Source: Limnothrix sp. BL-A-16 (lineage in GTDB: Bacteria > Cyanobacteriota > Cyanobacteriia > CACIAM-69d). Taken from it: 64,000 nucleotides of DNA. Shown here one piece after another: positions 50,767-61,620 of the stretch. Made by a program: the position numbers and the translations under genes. Under the pieces are notes generated by a model. It was not told the DNA's origin. It worked only from the letters and a program-made list of their open reading frames with translations, and ran no database searches. Location: assembly GCA_041937175.2 (NCBI GenBank), contig CP166615.1:1376001-1440000 (forward strand), in the 5' to 3' direction. Within the stretch, counting starts at the first letter, position 1, and every line of letters begins with the position of its first letter.

Positions 50767-51123
50767 TCACTCAGTATCCAACCCAGATGCCTCAGTAGGG
50801 ATGATTTTGAGCGAAAATTTCATGAGATTTGGAATATCTGATTGGGTGACTTCCCAAGCTAGATTTAAGTCAACCTTGTTGTATTCATGAATGAGTTTAT
50901 CTCGCATTCCCGCGATCGCACGCCAAGGAATTGATGATTGGCTTTGGCGAAAATCAGGAGAGAGCCGCTTAGCAACTTCACCAATAACTGTAATTTCATA
51001 TAAAACTGCTAAATGTGTTCGACGATCAGCTTTAAAAGCCTCTCGATCCATACCATCAACAAAATCTAGAATGGTTTGGCAGGCATGATCAATATCTAGC
51101 AGATACGTTAAATCACGGTTCAT
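50767..51123 (-). CDS. HepT-like (DUF86/HEPN) ribonuclease toxin
   Basis: IGEVAKRL, IPW..IAGMRDKLIHEY (RX4HXY). Confidence 0.88.
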   Translation of the reverse strand: MNRDLTYLLDIDHACQTILDFVDGMDREAFKADRRTHLAVLYEITVIGEVAKRLSPDFRQSQSSIPWRAIAGMRDKLIHEYNKVDLNLAWEVTQSDIPNLMKFSLKIIPTEASGLDTE

Positions 51124-51451
51124 AAATAGTACGAGCGGTTTTCAGAATTTCAGTGCGGCGTAGCCAATTAGCATCTTCCTGGACTGATTGCCGCGTGAGT
51201 AAATCTACTGATCGCCCCAATAATTCAGATAGCTCTTCTTCCATTTGCACCAATCCCAGCAGACTGATTTTGGATTGAGGAGCAAAGGTGACTAAGAAAT
51301 CCAAATCACTATCGGCACGGAAACGATCGGTCAAGACTGAGCCGAAAACCGCTAACTCGATCGCCTGCCATTTTTGACAAAATTCAGCTAGGCGATCGGG
51401 ATGAATCGCTAGGCGATCGAAAACATCAGCAGTCGGCTTTGTGATGTCCAT
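51113..51451 (-). CDS. Minimal nucleotidyltransferase (MNT) antitoxin
   Basis: FGSV...F..DSDLD motif, LGRSVDL; overlaps the HEPN start. Confidence 0.88.
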   Translation of the reverse strand: MDITKPTADVFDRLAIHPDRLAEFCQKWQAIELAVFGSVLTDRFRADSDLDFLVTFAPQSKISLLGLVQMEEELSELLGRSVDLLTRQSVQEDANWLRRTEILKTARTIYEP

Positions 51452-51487
51452 AGCTCATGTCCAAACTGACGCTGGCTACCCACTAGT

Positions 51488-54400
51488 TTATGGTTCTGGC
51501 AGGCCGTAGCCGCCGCCGCCGGGGGTTTCGATCGCGATCGCCTCACCTGCCTGTACCTGTACCTGATCAGTTGCGCCGAGGGGATTGATCGCCCCATTGA
51601 GTCGTTCCACCCAGGCGCGACCCGGTGCGCCCGGTGCGCCGCCGGCCAGGCCCGCCGGTTGGGTCGATCGCCGCCCCGAAACGATCGCCGCCGTCATCGG
51701 TTCCAAAAAGCGCAGTTTGCGGATCACGCCGTTGCCGCCCCGCTGTTGGCCCACGCCGCCGCTGTGGGGGCGAATTTGGAAGGACTCCAGCCGCACCGGA
51801 TAGCGCCATTCCAGCACCTCGGGATCCGTAAGCCGGGAGTTGGTCATGTGCGTTTGCACCGCGTCGGCTCCGGGGAAGGTTGCGCCCGCCCCCGCGCCGC
51901 CGCAGATCGTTTCGTAATATTGGTGCCGATCGCTCCCAAACGTGAAGTTGTTCATCGTGCCCTGGGCGTTGGCCATCACCCCGAGGGCTTGGTAGAGCGC
52001 ATCGACGACGGCTTGGGAGGTTTCCACGTTGCCGGCCACCACGGCGGCGGGCGATCGGGGATCGAGCAGGCTGGCGGGTGGCACGGTCAGCGCGATCGGG
52101 CGCAAACAACCGGCATTCAGGGGGATTTCGTCGGCCACCAGGGTGCGGAACACGTAGAGCACGGCGGCTTTAGTGATCGCGATCGGGGCGTTGAAGTTGT
52201 TCGGCTGTTGGAGCGAGGTGCCGCTGAAGTCGATCGCCGCCCGCCGACGCGCCCGATCGATCCGCACTTGCACCGTAATTTGCGCCCCACAGTCGAGGGC
52301 GATCGTTGCTTGGCCGTCCTGCAATTGGACGATCGCCCGTTCCACCGAAGCGGCGGCGTTGTCCTGCACAAACCCGGCGTAGGCCTGGATCGTGGCGGCT
52401 CCGTAGGTGTCAGCGAGGCGCTGCAATTCCTGGCAACCGCGCTCGTTGGCGGCAATTTGCGCCTGCAAGTCCGCCAGGTTTTGCACCGGGTTGCGGGCGG
52501 GGTAGGGATTGTCAGCCAGTTGCGCCAGCACGTCGGCTTCCAGGAATTCCCCGGCGCGGACGATCGGCAGGAAGTCAAACAGGATGCCCTCTTCGTCGAT
52601 CGAGTGGCTGTGGGGCGGCATCGATCCCGGGGTCAGGCCGCCCAAGTCCGCATGGTGGCCGCGGGAGGCGACGAAGAAATCCGGGCGATCGCTCAGGACT
52701 CCAGCGGGCGATCGCAACCAAACCGGTGTAATCACCGTGATATCGGGCAGGTGCGTGCCGCCGTTGTAGGGGTTGTTGCTGGCAAACACATCGCCGGGCC
52801 GCAGTTCCCGCGCCGCCATCAGCGCTGTGACTGTTTCGCCCATGGAGCCGAGGTGGACGGGAATGTGCGGCGCGTTGGCGATCAGTTGACCGGCGCGATC
52901 GAACAGGGCGCAGGAAAAGTCCAGCCGCTCCTTGATATTCACGGAATAGCTGGTGTTTTGCAGGGTTGCGCCCATCTGCTCGGCGATCGCGCTGAACCGG
53001 TTGTTGAAAATCTCCAAGCGCACCGGGTCGGGCTGCTGGGTTGAATTGTCGTCGGGACGGGCAAGGGGCTTAAGCCCCTTGTCTTGATCAGTGGGGGTTG
53101 GGGCGAGGGTTTCCAGCACTAGGCCGCCCCGATCGCCCAAGGTGGCCGCCCAGCCCGGTTCAATCACGTTTGTGCCCGTTGGTTCCACGATTACCGCTGG
53201 CCCGACGATTCGATCGCCCGGTTGCAACGCAGATCGCCCAAAGACCGGTGCATCTTGCCAGCGATCGGCGGTGTAGATCTGAATCGTCGTGATCGGTTCC
53301 GGCGGGGTCGATCGACTAGCCACCAGCACCGGTTCCGGCGGCAGATCCTTGTGGCGCACCAACTCCAGGGCGATCGCCTCAATCACCACGGGCTTATCCG
53401 GCAGGGCGAACCCGTAGCGCTGGCGGTGGATTGCCTCAAAGCGATCGCGCAACCAGCCCGCCGGGTCGGGTTCCGTGGCCGCCGGCCAGCTCACCACCAA
53501 GGGCGAATCCGTGCCGCCGTAACGCAGCCGAGCCGTGCGGATCGCCTCCTGGAACCCCGGCAATTGCGGTTCCAGTTCGGTTTGCAAGTCCCCAAAGCTC
53601 GGTTCCAACGCGGCGATCGCCCCCGGGTCTAAAACCTGCTCGATCGCCCGTTCACCGATTTGCCGCACATCCGCCAGCCCAATTCCATAGGCCGACAGCA
53701 CCCCGGCGTAGGGATGGATAAAAATCCGCGTCATTCCCAGGGCTTCCGCCAACAGGCAAGCGTGCTGCCCGCCCGCCCCGCCGAAGCAACAGAGGGTGTA
53801 GTGCGCCAAATCGTAGCCGCGCTGGACGGAAATTTGCTTAATCGCCGCCGCCATTTTCTCGATCGCGATCGCCAGGAACCCGGCCGCCACTGCTTCCGGG
53901 CTGCGGCCATCGCCGGTCGATCGGGCAATCTCAGCGGTGATCTGCGCGAACCGTTCCGCCACGATCGCCTTGTCCAAGGGGCGATCGCCCTCGGGGCCAA
54001 ACACCGCCGGGAAAAAGTCCGGGTGCAACTTCCCGAGCTGCACATTGCAATCGGTGACGGTCAGGGGGCCGCCGCGCCCGTAGGCCGCCGGGCCGGGATT
54101 CGCCCCCGCCGAGTCGGGCCCCACCCGGTAGCGCTGGCCATCGAAGTGCAAAATCGAGCCACCGCCCGCCGCCACCGTATGGATCGCCATCATCGGGGCC
54201 CGCAGCCGCACCCCCGCCACCTCCGTCTCGAACTGCCGCTCATACTCGCCCGCGTAGTGGGCCACATCCGTCGAAGTGCCGCCCATATCAAAGGTGACGA
54301 TTTGCCCAAAACCCGCCGCCACACAGGTTTGCACCGCCCCGACAATGCCGCCTGCCGGCCCCGACAGCACCGCATCCTTGCCCCGGAATCGATCGGCATC

Positions 54401-55165
54401 GGTCAGCCCGCCGTTGGACTGCATAAAAAACAGCTTGCCCGCCAGCGCTTCACCATCTGACCCCGCCAGGGATGATCGCACCTGGTTCACATAACGCCGC
54501 AACACGGGCGACAAGTAAGTATCAACCACGGTGGTTTCGGCGCGGCTGACCAGCTTAATCAGCGGACTCACGTGATGGGAAACGGAAATTTGCTCAAAGC
54601 CTGCCGCCGCCGCCAAGGCCGCCGCGATGTGCTCATGCTGGGGATAGCGGTAGCCATGGATCAGGGCGATCGCGCAACTGGTGCAACCCTCGGCCCGCGC
54701 TGCTTTCAGTTGGGCCAGCAAGGCCGCCTGGGCGGCCGCATCGAAGGGCCGCACCACTTCGCCTTGGGCGCTCAGCCGTTCCCGCACCTCGATCGCCCGT
54801 TCATAGAGCGGCGCAGGTTTGCGAATCTCCAGCGCAAAAATATCCGGTCGATTTTGGTAGCCAATCTGGAGGGCATCGCCAAACCCTTCGGTAATCACCA
54901 GTGCGGTGCGATCGCCTTTGCGCTCCAGCAGGGCGTTGGTGGCGACGGTGGTTCCCATCTCGATCGCCCCAATTTGCGCCAGGTCGATCGGCTCGGCGGC
55001 GGCTAATCCCATCAGGTCGCGAATTCCCTGAACGGGTGCATCGGCATAGCGATCGGGGTTTTCCGACAGCAGCTTATGCACCACCAGCCGCCCATCGGGC
55101 CGCCGCGCCACAATGTCGGTAAATGTCCCGCCGCGATCGATCCAAAACCACCAACGCCGATCCAT
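51488..55165 (-). CDS. 5-oxoprolinase (fused hydantoinase A/B)
   Basis: [79 protein letters not shown]. Confidence 0.93.
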   Translation of the reverse strand: MDRRWWFWIDRGGTFTDIVARRPDGRLVVHKLLSENPDRYADAPVQGIRDLMGLAAAEPIDLAQIGAIEMGTTVATNALLERKGDRTALVITEGFGDALQIGYQNRPDIFALEIRKPAPLYERAIEVRERLSAQGEVVRPFDAAAQAALLAQLKAARAEGCTSCAIALIHGYRYPQHEHIAAALAAAAGFEQISVSHHVSPLIKLVSRAETTVVDTYLSPVLRRYVNQVRSSLAGSDGEALAGKLFFMQSNGGLTDADRFRGKDAVLSGPAGGIVGAVQTCVAAGFGQIVTFDMGGTSTDVAHYAGEYERQFETEVAGVRLRAPMMAIHTVAAGGGSILHFDGQRYRVGPDSAGANPGPAAYGRGGPLTVTDCNVQLGKLHPDFFPAVFGPEGDRPLDKAIVAERFAQITAEIARSTGDGRSPEAVAAGFLAIAIEKMAAAIKQISVQRGYDLAHYTLCCFGGAGGQHACLLAEALGMTRIFIHPYAGVLSAYGIGLADVRQIGERAIEQVLDPGAIAALEPSFGDLQTELEPQLPGFQEAIRTARLRYGGTDSPLVVSWPAATEPDPAGWLRDRFEAIHRQRYGFALPDKPVVIEAIALELVRHKDLPPEPVLVASRSTPPEPITTIQIYTADRWQDAPVFGRSALQPGDRIVGPAVIVEPTGTNVIEPGWAATLGDRGGLVLETLAPTPTDQDKGLKPLARPDDNSTQQPDPVRLEIFNNRFSAIAEQMGATLQNTSYSVNIKERLDFSCALFDRAGQLIANAPHIPVHLGSMGETVTALMAARELRPGDVFASNNPYNGGTHLPDITVITPVWLRSPAGVLSDRPDFFVASRGHHADLGGLTPGSMPPHSHSIDEEGILFDFLPIVRAGEFLEADVLAQLADNPYPARNPVQNLADLQAQIAANERGCQELQRLADTYGAATIQAYAGFVQDNAAASVERAIVQLQDGQATIALDCGAQITVQVRIDRARRRAAIDFSGTSLQQPNNFNAPIAITKAAVLYVFRTLVADEIPLNAGCLRPIALTVPPASLLDPRSPAAVVAGNVETSQAVVDALYQALGVMANAQGTMNNFTFGSDRHQYYETICGGAGAGATFPGADAVQTHMTNSRLTDPEVLEWRYPVRLESFQIRPHSGGVGQQRGGNGVIRKLRFLEPMTAAIVSGRRSTQPAGLAGGAPGAPGRAWVERLNGAINPLGATDQVQVQAGEAIAIETPGGGGYGLPEP

Positions 55166-55466
55166 GCTCTGCCTCAGTCCACGCGCCTAATCTCGATTCA
55201 TCATATCGATTTGGGTCGTCGAGGGCGATCGTGGCGACCATACTTGATGAGTGATCAGCCAGCTCATATTTTTTAGTAGACTTACTGTCTAAAAGGATTC
55301 TTAAGGAAAAAATCAGTAATTGATAGAGGGTATAGAGTAGAAGCACTAAATTCAGTAAAAATCTAAACTCTGTATCAAGATTTAGCTAAATCAGCCAAAA
55401 GAATCAAAGGCCAAAAGCATTGCTTTTGAAAAATCTTGTTGTTCCTTATATTGAAATTGGCTAAGA

Positions 55467-56234
55467 ATGAAAAATCTTCCCGAAAAGCTTGTTGTCGCAA
55501 TTTTTGTTTATTGCTTGTTTTTGATTTCATATATTGCAATATTTCAAGATAAGGTCTTTGTGGCAATTATTAGTTCTCTGGGTACTTTGCTTATACAAAA
55601 CTATTTAGAAAAAAGAAGAAACGGAAGAAAACAAGAAGACTTTTCTAGGTTGATTATTAATCTGATTCGAGCTAGGTCTAAAATTCTTCTGTTCTTAAGG
55701 ATTAATGTTATTTTATCGAATGATAATAGTGTGGAAATCAAAAAGATTCTTGTGCAGCGATACATGAGTCGTATTCAAAAAGATGAGGTCTATAAGTCAG
55801 CACTCAGAGATCTTGGAATGCTTCCTATGAGCATCATCAAATATCTATCAGAATACAACTCCAGCCTAGATGATATTTATGATTCTCTTCTATATCACGT
55901 CAATCATGACTCTGGTCAGGGCTTAAGTACATGGAAGGTGCAAGAAAATTTAGCCATCCAAATTATCTATAACGGAATTGATGCTGAAATCGTCATCATG
56001 CTTATTTGTCAAAAAATCCTCAAAAACCAAGAAGAACTTGCAATATCTAAAAATTTCTTAATAGATGAATATTGGAGAGTTAAAAATGCAATGAAACAGG
56101 GTGAAAATGTTCCTGAGATTATAAATTCTAGCTTGAGCCAGATTGAAATGGCATTTGCTGAAATAGGATTACTGAGTGAGCTTCTTTCATACGCAAAGCC
56201 CATTGAAGAGCTTGACAATATAAATAACCTGTAG
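55467..56234 (+). CDS. AT-rich hypothetical protein with N-terminal TM hairpin
   Basis: 255-aa ORF in low-GC, HIP1-free DNA; two hydrophobic segments followed by a basic patch. Confidence 0.65.
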   Translation: MKNLPEKLVVAIFVYCLFLISYIAIFQDKVFVAIISSLGTLLIQNYLEKRRNGRKQEDFSRLIINLIRARSKILLFLRINVILSNDNSVEIKKILVQRYMSRIQKDEVYKSALRDLGMLPMSIIKYLSEYNSSLDDIYDSLLYHVNHDSGQGLSTWKVQENLAIQIIYNGIDAEIVIMLICQKILKNQEELAISKNFLIDEYWRVKNAMKQGENVPEIINSSLSQIEMAFAEIGLLSELLSYAKPIEELDNINNL

Positions 56235-56259
56235 TCGATAAAATTTATATACTGAAGCG

Positions 56260-56431
56260 TTTAAGAGTTTAGAAGAATGCTTATGAGGCAACGATTTGAT
56301 TTGTATTTTCTTCCACGCAGTGTCGATCAATTTCGCCTTTTTTGGATCGTAATTATGCCCCCTTACAGCGGTGCGTAGGGCATCAATCAGAGAGGCTAAA
56401 AACAAGAAACCGTTGCCCTACACACCCTACG
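56260..56431. repeat. Degenerate copy of the REP-doublet element
   Basis: ...ttccacgcagtgtcgatcaat...cagcggtgcgtagggca...ttgccctacacaccctacg; left boundary approximate. Confidence 0.65.
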
Positions 56432-56529
56432 GTTGCTGATTTTGAGAAACCATACGCTGAATTTTTGAGCGATCGCCCTTATCATCGTAATTTATTAATA
56501 ATTGATTCTGAAAGTGAGGTCGGTAATTG

Positions 56530-56895
56530 ATGTTGAGGTTTTCGTTTTATTTAGACAATGGAGAAGAAGAGGAAATTGTTGATATTCCCGATGAGCTTTA
56601 TCAATGGCTCATCCATTCAGAATTTTCTAAAATTGGTCAGTCTGAAGAACGAGACGTGAAAATAGATGGTGAAATCACCAAAATTGCGGTAGTTCCCTTG
56701 ATGGGCAGCAACCGCAGAAAACTCAGCAACTTCTTCCGCGATGCCATTGTCCAAGAAAGCGATCGAATGCTCAGCCAGTTAAGCCATTCATCATCCAAAG
56801 AAGACTATTTAGCAGCTTCCTATACACTCAGGATTCTGCAAAATTTACGAAAACTGATCGAGGATGAACAATTTAAATACCTAAGCCGAATTTAG
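56530..56895 (+). CDS. Hypothetical protein
   Basis: 121-aa ORF with a GAGGT RBS, bracketed by REP-doublet elements. Confidence 0.65.
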   Translation: MLRFSFYLDNGEEEEIVDIPDELYQWLIHSEFSKIGQSEERDVKIDGEITKIAVVPLMGSNRRKLSNFFRDAIVQESDRMLSQLSHSSSKEDYLAASYTLRILQNLRKLIEDEQFKYLSRI

Positions 56896-56920
56896 TGCAT
56901 CAATCGCGTATCCTTTAGCG

Positions 56921-57065
56921 CGTAGGGTGTGTGGGAGAACGCTTTTGGGGAAACGATCGCGCTGGCATTTTCTCCCACGCACCGTCGATCAATCTCGGTT
57001 GCAGCGGTGCGTAGGGCAAAAACGAGATCTTGGGAATAAGTAAGCATTGCCCTACACACCCTACG
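56921..57065. repeat. REP-doublet (REPIN-like) element with GTAG-family feet
   Basis: cGTAG-ggtgtgtgggagaa...ttctcccacgcacc / ggtgcgtagggcaa...ttgccctacacacc-CTACg: two hairpins inside an outer inverted repeat. Confidence 0.8.
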
Positions 57066-57138
57066 AAATACTGAATGATCTGACTGTGATATCGATTAGG
57101 GTTGGCAAGTCTAGCGGGGAGCTGGCAAGGGCGATCGG

Positions 57139-57369
57139 TTACTCCACCACTTCGCCAAGATAGCGCTGCACAAAGTCCCGCGCTGCTTCGGGCTTGAGTA
57201 CTTTCAGGGCCTTCACAATTTCCAAAAGTGTTTCAGCGGTGGGATCGCGAATTTCTTTGCACCAGCGATAAACATTGGTGCGCTCAATTTCCATCTGCAT
57301 CGCAAGGGAGTATTGGCTCACCTCGTGATCCTCAAGCACTTGTTTCAAAACGCGGCCGGCTTTTCCCAT
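57139..57369 (-). CDS. XRE-family HTH regulator (copy 1)
   Basis: MGKAG..LKQVL....SQ..LA..M.IERTNVYRW....RDP.AE. Confidence 0.85.
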   Translation of the reverse strand: MGKAGRVLKQVLEDHEVSQYSLAMQMEIERTNVYRWCKEIRDPTAETLLEIVKALKVLKPEAARDFVQRYLGEVVE

Positions 57370-57504
57370 GCCCTCGATCGTCTCAAAGGTCTGGATTTCC
57401 GTAAATGACATCCCTGTGGCTGACGGAATCCTAAAGGTTGACAGTCACCTAAAAGGATGACTACCATGCTTCATGGAAGCGAGCGCTCAGTAGGAGAGCG
57501 AATC

Positions 57505-57771
57505 ATGCAGCCATTGAATTTTTTAGAAGGAACGATCGCCCCGGAACCCTTGACGGAGGGGCGATCTCCGCTCGATTCCTTGCCCGCGCGATCGAATGGG
57601 CGCGAAACGGTGAAGGTCATGGTGATCGGGTCGCCACGTGCCGTGGAAAACACGATCCGCGTGTTGTATCTGCGCGGCTTTGCGGAATTGTATGAGTGGT
57701 CGCCCATACAGCCGACGCAAAATCCCGGTGAAGTGATGAGCTTGATGCGGCGGCTATTGTCGTTGAGTTGA
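57505..57771 (+). CDS. Small cyanobacterial hypothetical protein (copy 1)
   Basis: AGGAG RBS; RETVKVMVIGSP.AV..TI..LY..GFAE..EWSP...T.NPGEVMSL. Confidence 0.75.
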   Translation: MQPLNFLEGTIAPEPLTEGRSPLDSLPARSNGRETVKVMVIGSPRAVENTIRVLYLRGFAELYEWSPIQPTQNPGEVMSLMRRLLSLS

Positions 57772-57781
57772 GTTTGTGTAT

Positions 57782-57924
57782 TAGGGTGTGCAGGAGAACG
57801 CTTGCGGAGAAACGATCTCGCTGGCATTTCCTCCCACGCACCGTCGATCGATCCCGGTTGCAGCGGTGCGTAGGGCAAAAACGAGATCTTGGGAATAAGC
57901 AAGCATTGCCCTACATACCCTACG
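57782..57924. repeat. REP-doublet element (second full copy); homology to the first copy continues to about 57995
   Basis: Near-identical to 56922-57065 and its downstream flank. Confidence 0.8.
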
Positions 57925-57997
57925 AAATACTGAATGATGTGACCGTGGTATCGATAAGGGATAGCAAGTCCAGCGGGAAGCTGGCAAGGGCGATCGA

Positions 57998-58228
57998 CTA
58001 TTCCAAAAGCTCGCCCAAGTAGCACTGCACAAAGTCGCGGGCAGCTTCGGGGTTCAATCCTTTCAAGGCTGTGACGATCTCCACAACGGTCTCAGCCGTC
58101 GGGTCGCGCTGCTCGTGAAACCACTTAAAAACCACTGACCGATCAACCTGCAACAGCACCGCCAGCCGGTTCTGGCTGATTTTGTGCTGGTCTAATACGG
58201 CTTTGAGGGCTTTTCCTGCTCTTCCCAT
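57998..58228 (-). CDS. XRE-family HTH regulator (copy 2)
   Basis: MGRAGKALK.VL....SQ..LA..L.VDRSVVFKW....RDP.AE. Confidence 0.85.
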   Translation of the reverse strand: MGRAGKALKAVLDQHKISQNRLAVLLQVDRSVVFKWFHEQRDPTAETVVEIVTALKGLNPEAARDFVQCYLGELLE

Positions 58229-58434
58229 GCCCCCAATCCTGTCAAAGAATCTTAATCCGGTAAATGTTGACCTTTGAGCTGACAGCACATAACATTCAAA
58301 TGTTGACTCAAAAGACAACATTCAGCACAAAACCTCCGGGCTAGTCATGGCTGAAAGCCTGAGCCGATGGTGATGTCTTGTTTGTCTTGCTCTGAATCAT
58401 TCACAGCAGCCAATCCATTTGAGAAGGTGTGGCC

Positions 58435-58701
58435 ATGACAATGCAGAGTTTTGTAGAAACGCCGATCGCCCCGGAATCCCTGACTGAGGGGCGATCGCAG
58501 CTCGATTCCTTGCCCGCGCGATCGGACGGGCGCGAAACGGTGAAGGTGATGGTGATCGGGTCGCCGCGTGCCGTGGAAAACACGATCCGCGTGTTGTATC
58601 TGCGCGGCTTTGCGGAGTTGTATGAGTGGTCGCCCATGCAGCCGACGCAAAATCCTGGTGAGGTGATGAGTTTGATGCGGCAGCTATTGTCGTTGAGTTG
58701 A
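58435..58701 (+). CDS. Small cyanobacterial hypothetical protein (copy 2)
   Basis: Nearly identical to 57505-57771 downstream of IAPE; start 58435 or 58441. Confidence 0.75.
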   Translation: MTMQSFVETPIAPESLTEGRSQLDSLPARSDGRETVKVMVIGSPRAVENTIRVLYLRGFAELYEWSPMQPTQNPGEVMSLMRQLLSLS

Positions 58702-58710
58702 GCGCTTGTA

Positions 58711-58776
58711 CTAGAGTTTGCGGGAGAACGTTTTTAGGAAAGTGATTGTGATTGCACCTCTCCCGCGCACCGTCAA
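58711..58776. repeat. Half (single-hairpin) copy of the REP-doublet element
   Basis: tgcgggagaacg...tctcccgcgcaccgtc. Confidence 0.6.
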
Positions 58777-58908
58777 TTAATGTGCATGATCAAAATCGAA
58801 ATTACACCCCATTACTGGTTCTAGCAGTTCATCTCAACCACATTGCTACACTGAAGTTAGGGTCGATGTCGCACTGCAAGCAATTTATCAGGAGAGATTA
58901 ACGAGTCC

Positions 58909-59478
58909 ATGATTGCTCAACAGAATTTATATTTCTTCAGCCCTGATGACTATTTACAACAGGAGGCAAAATCTACCCAAAAGCATGACTATATTGATGG
59001 CGAAATTGTAGCGATGGCAGGTGCGAGTAGTGCCCATTGCACGATCGTGGCAACCTTAACGGCGCTGCTCTTAAAACCCGTTCGCCAGCAAGGGTGTCAG
59101 CTTTTTACGGGGGATATGAAAGTGCGAGTCGATCGCCATAATTGCTTTTACTATCCGGATTTGCTCGTCACCTGCGACCCACGCGATCAAGACACAGATT
59201 ATTACAAATGCTTTCCTAAATTAATTATTGAAGTGCTTTCAGAGAGTACAGAGCTGCGCGATCGCGGCGAAAAATTTTTCAACTATAGTGCCTTAGAAAG
59301 CCTGGAAGAATATGTCTTGATCAGTCAAGATAAAATGCGCGTTGAGTGTTTTCGTCGCAATGAGACGAATCGGTGGGTTTTGGAGTGGTACGGCCCGGGC
59401 GATCGCGTTTTTTTCGACAGCATCCCTTGGCAAGGCGCGATCAACGATCTCTACGAAGCTGTGCCATTGCTTGGTTAG
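58909..59478 (+). CDS. Uma2-family (PD-(D/E)XK) endonuclease-like protein
   Basis: YIDGEIVAMAG.S..H, YYPDL.VTCD, P.LIIEVLSEST...DRGEKF, SLEEYVLISQ. Confidence 0.9.
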   Translation: MIAQQNLYFFSPDDYLQQEAKSTQKHDYIDGEIVAMAGASSAHCTIVATLTALLLKPVRQQGCQLFTGDMKVRVDRHNCFYYPDLLVTCDPRDQDTDYYKCFPKLIIEVLSESTELRDRGEKFFNYSALESLEEYVLISQDKMRVECFRRNETNRWVLEWYGPGDRVFFDSIPWQGAINDLYEAVPLLG

Positions 59479-59555
59479 AGGCGATCTGAAAAGTATTTTT
59501 GGGTACGAGCCAAGCACCAATAGTCGTGGGGGCAAGGGGCTTAAGCCCCTTGTCT
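59478..59555. mobile_element. Truncated MITE copy (left TIR to palindrome)
   Basis: TTA-GAGGCGATCTGAAAAG then gcaccaatagtcgtgggggcaaggggcttaagccccttgtct, identical to the core of 9415-9545. Confidence 0.65.
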
Positions 59556-59736
59556 GCGGCGATTTCTAAACAATCCATGTTGAGTTGATCCCAAGCGCGA
59601 TCGGGACGGTTCAGAACCCAAAAAGAATCGGAAACCTGGGCAAACCGTAGCCGCGATCGCAGACGGGGCAGCGGCGGCCGGCGACGGTTTCCGGTAAAGT
59701 TTTTTGCACCTTTAGCGGTTGTGGGGGCAAAGACCA

Positions 59737-61620
59737 ATGGCAACGATCGTTCAGAAATATGGCGGCACGTCGGTTGGCTCGATCGAGCGGATTCAGTCCG
59801 TGGCGGCTCGGGTGATCGACACCGTAAAAGCGGGAAACTCCGTGGTGGTGGTGGTTTCGGCCATGGGCAAAACCACCGATGGGCTGGTGGCCCTGGCGCG
59901 GGAAATTAGCGACCAACCCAGCCGCCGGGAAATGGATATGCTGCTTTCGACCGGGGAGCAGGTGTCGATCGCCCTGTTGAGCATGGCGTTGCAGGCGGCG
60001 GGCCAACCGGCGATTTCCCTGACCGGCGCGCAAATTGGGATCGTCACGGAAGCGTCCCACACGCGGGCGCGGATTTTGAGTATTGATCCCGATCGGCTGC
60101 GTCGCCACCTCGATGAGGGCAAAGTGGTTGTGGCGGCGGGCTTCCAGGGGATCTCGAATGCCGATGATTTGGAAATTACCACCCTGGGGCGCGGCGGCTC
60201 GGATACCTCGGCGGTGGCCCTGGCGGCGGCCTTGCGGGCCGATGCCTGCGAGATTTATACGGATGTGCCGGGGGTGCTGACCACCGATCCCCGCCTCGTG
60301 CCGGAAGCGCAAATCATGGCGGAAATTTCCTGCGATGAAATGCTGGAGTTGGCCAGCTTGGGCGCGAAGGTGTTGCATCCGCGCGCGGTGGAAATTGCCC
60401 GCAATTACGGTGTGCCGCTGATTGTCAAATCGAGCTGGACAACCGATCCGGGGACGCGGGTGGTGTCGCAGCCCGTGGGCGATCGCCCCTTGGAAAACCT
60501 GGAAATTGCCCGGCCGGTGGATGCGATTCGCTACAACACCAATCAGGCGCAAATCGGCTTGCTGCGTGTACCCGATCGCCCCGGGATCGCCGCCAAGTTG
60601 TTCGGGGAGCTGGCCAAGCAAGCGGTGGATGTGGACTTGATTATTCAGTCGATCCACGAGGGCAACACCAACGACATCGCCTTCACGGTGACGGAGCAGG
60701 AAGCCGATCGGGCCGAGGCCATGGCCGGGGCGATCGCACCGACCCTACGCACGGAACCGACCCGCCCAATGGAAACGGAGGGAGCCGAAGCAGAATTGGT
60801 GGTCGATCGACATGTGGCCGAAGTCAGCATCTACGGCGCGGGCATGATTGGCCGGCCCGGCGTGGCGGCCCAAATGTTCAAGACCCTGGCCGACGCGGGG
60901 ATCAATATTGAAACCATATCCACCTCAGAAGTGCAGGTGGGTTGCATCATCGCTCCCGGTGACGACGCAGCCGATCGCAACCTGGAAACCCTCTGTCAGC
61001 GAGCAGTGGCGGCCCTGCGCCATGCCTTTGAGCTAGACACGGATCAGCTCTTGCCGGAGGTGCTGCCGATCGAGCAGCCCGCCAGCCCCGATGAGCCGCC
61101 CGTGCGGGGTGTGGCGCTCGATCGCAACCAAAGCCAAATCGCCGTCCGCAACGTGCCCGATCGCCCCGGCATGGCCGCCAAGATCTTTGAGCTGCTGGCG
61201 GACAAGAGCATCAGCGTCGATACGATCGTCCAGTCCCAGCGGCGGATCGTGGTCAACGGCTCCCCCACCCGCCACATCGCCTTCACCACCGCCGCCACGG
61301 ATGCGGAAGCCGCCCGCGCCGTGCTGCTGGCCGCCGGTCAGGAATTCGGCTGGGGTGACGTGGTGGTGAATGCCCAGGTAGCCAAGGTCAGCGCCGTGGG
61401 CACGGGGATGATCAACCGGCCCGGCGTGGCGGCCCAAATGTTCAACGCCTTGGCAGCCAAGAGGATCAACCTGCTGATGATCACCACCTCGGCGATCAAG
61501 ATCAGTTGCGTGGTCGAACAAGATCAAGGCGTGGAAGCCCTGAAGGCGGTTCACGAAGCCTTTGATCTTTCCGGCGAATACCAAGCCAGCAACGTCCACG
61601 GACTGACCCCGGCAAAATAG
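59737..61620 (+). CDS. lysC: Aspartate kinase (cyanobacterial type with four ACT domains)
   Basis: [35 protein letters not shown], duplicated VPDRPG / GM..RPGVAA ACT units. Confidence 0.95.
   Translation: MATIVQKYGGTSVGSIERIQSVAARVIDTVKAGNSVVVVVSAMGKTTDGLVALAREISDQPSRREMDMLLSTGEQVSIALLSMALQAAGQPAISLTGAQIGIVTEASHTRARILSIDPDRLRRHLDEGKVVVAAGFQGISNADDLEITTLGRGGSDTSAVALAAALRADACEIYTDVPGVLTTDPRLVPEAQIMAEISCDEMLELASLGAKVLHPRAVEIARNYGVPLIVKSSWTTDPGTRVVSQPVGDRPLENLEIARPVDAIRYNTNQAQIGLLRVPDRPGIAAKLFGELAKQAVDVDLIIQSIHEGNTNDIAFTVTEQEADRAEAMAGAIAPTLRTEPTRPMETEGAEAELVVDRHVAEVSIYGAGMIGRPGVAAQMFKTLADAGINIETISTSEVQVGCIIAPGDDAADRNLETLCQRAVAALRHAFELDTDQLLPEVLPIEQPASPDEPPVRGVALDRNQSQIAVRNVPDRPGMAAKIFELLADKSISVDTIVQSQRRIVVNGSPTRHIAFTTAATDAEAARAVLLAAGQEFGWGDVVVNAQVAKVSAVGTGMINRPGVAAQMFNALAAKRINLLMITTSAIKISCVVEQDQGVEALKAVHEAFDLSGEYQASNVHGLTPAK

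Noticed and set aside
51659..53044. 461-aa ORF antisense to oxoprolinase (also 53660-54460)
   Set aside because: Antisense shadow ORFs in very GC-rich coding DNA
56260..58776. Canonical integron attC array
   Set aside because: No RYYYAAC/GTTRRRY ends and no intI; the elements have REP-type GTAG feet, so they are kept only as a cassette-like hypothesis
59611..60657. 348-aa ORF antisense to lysC
   Set aside because: Shadow frame with no recognisable domain
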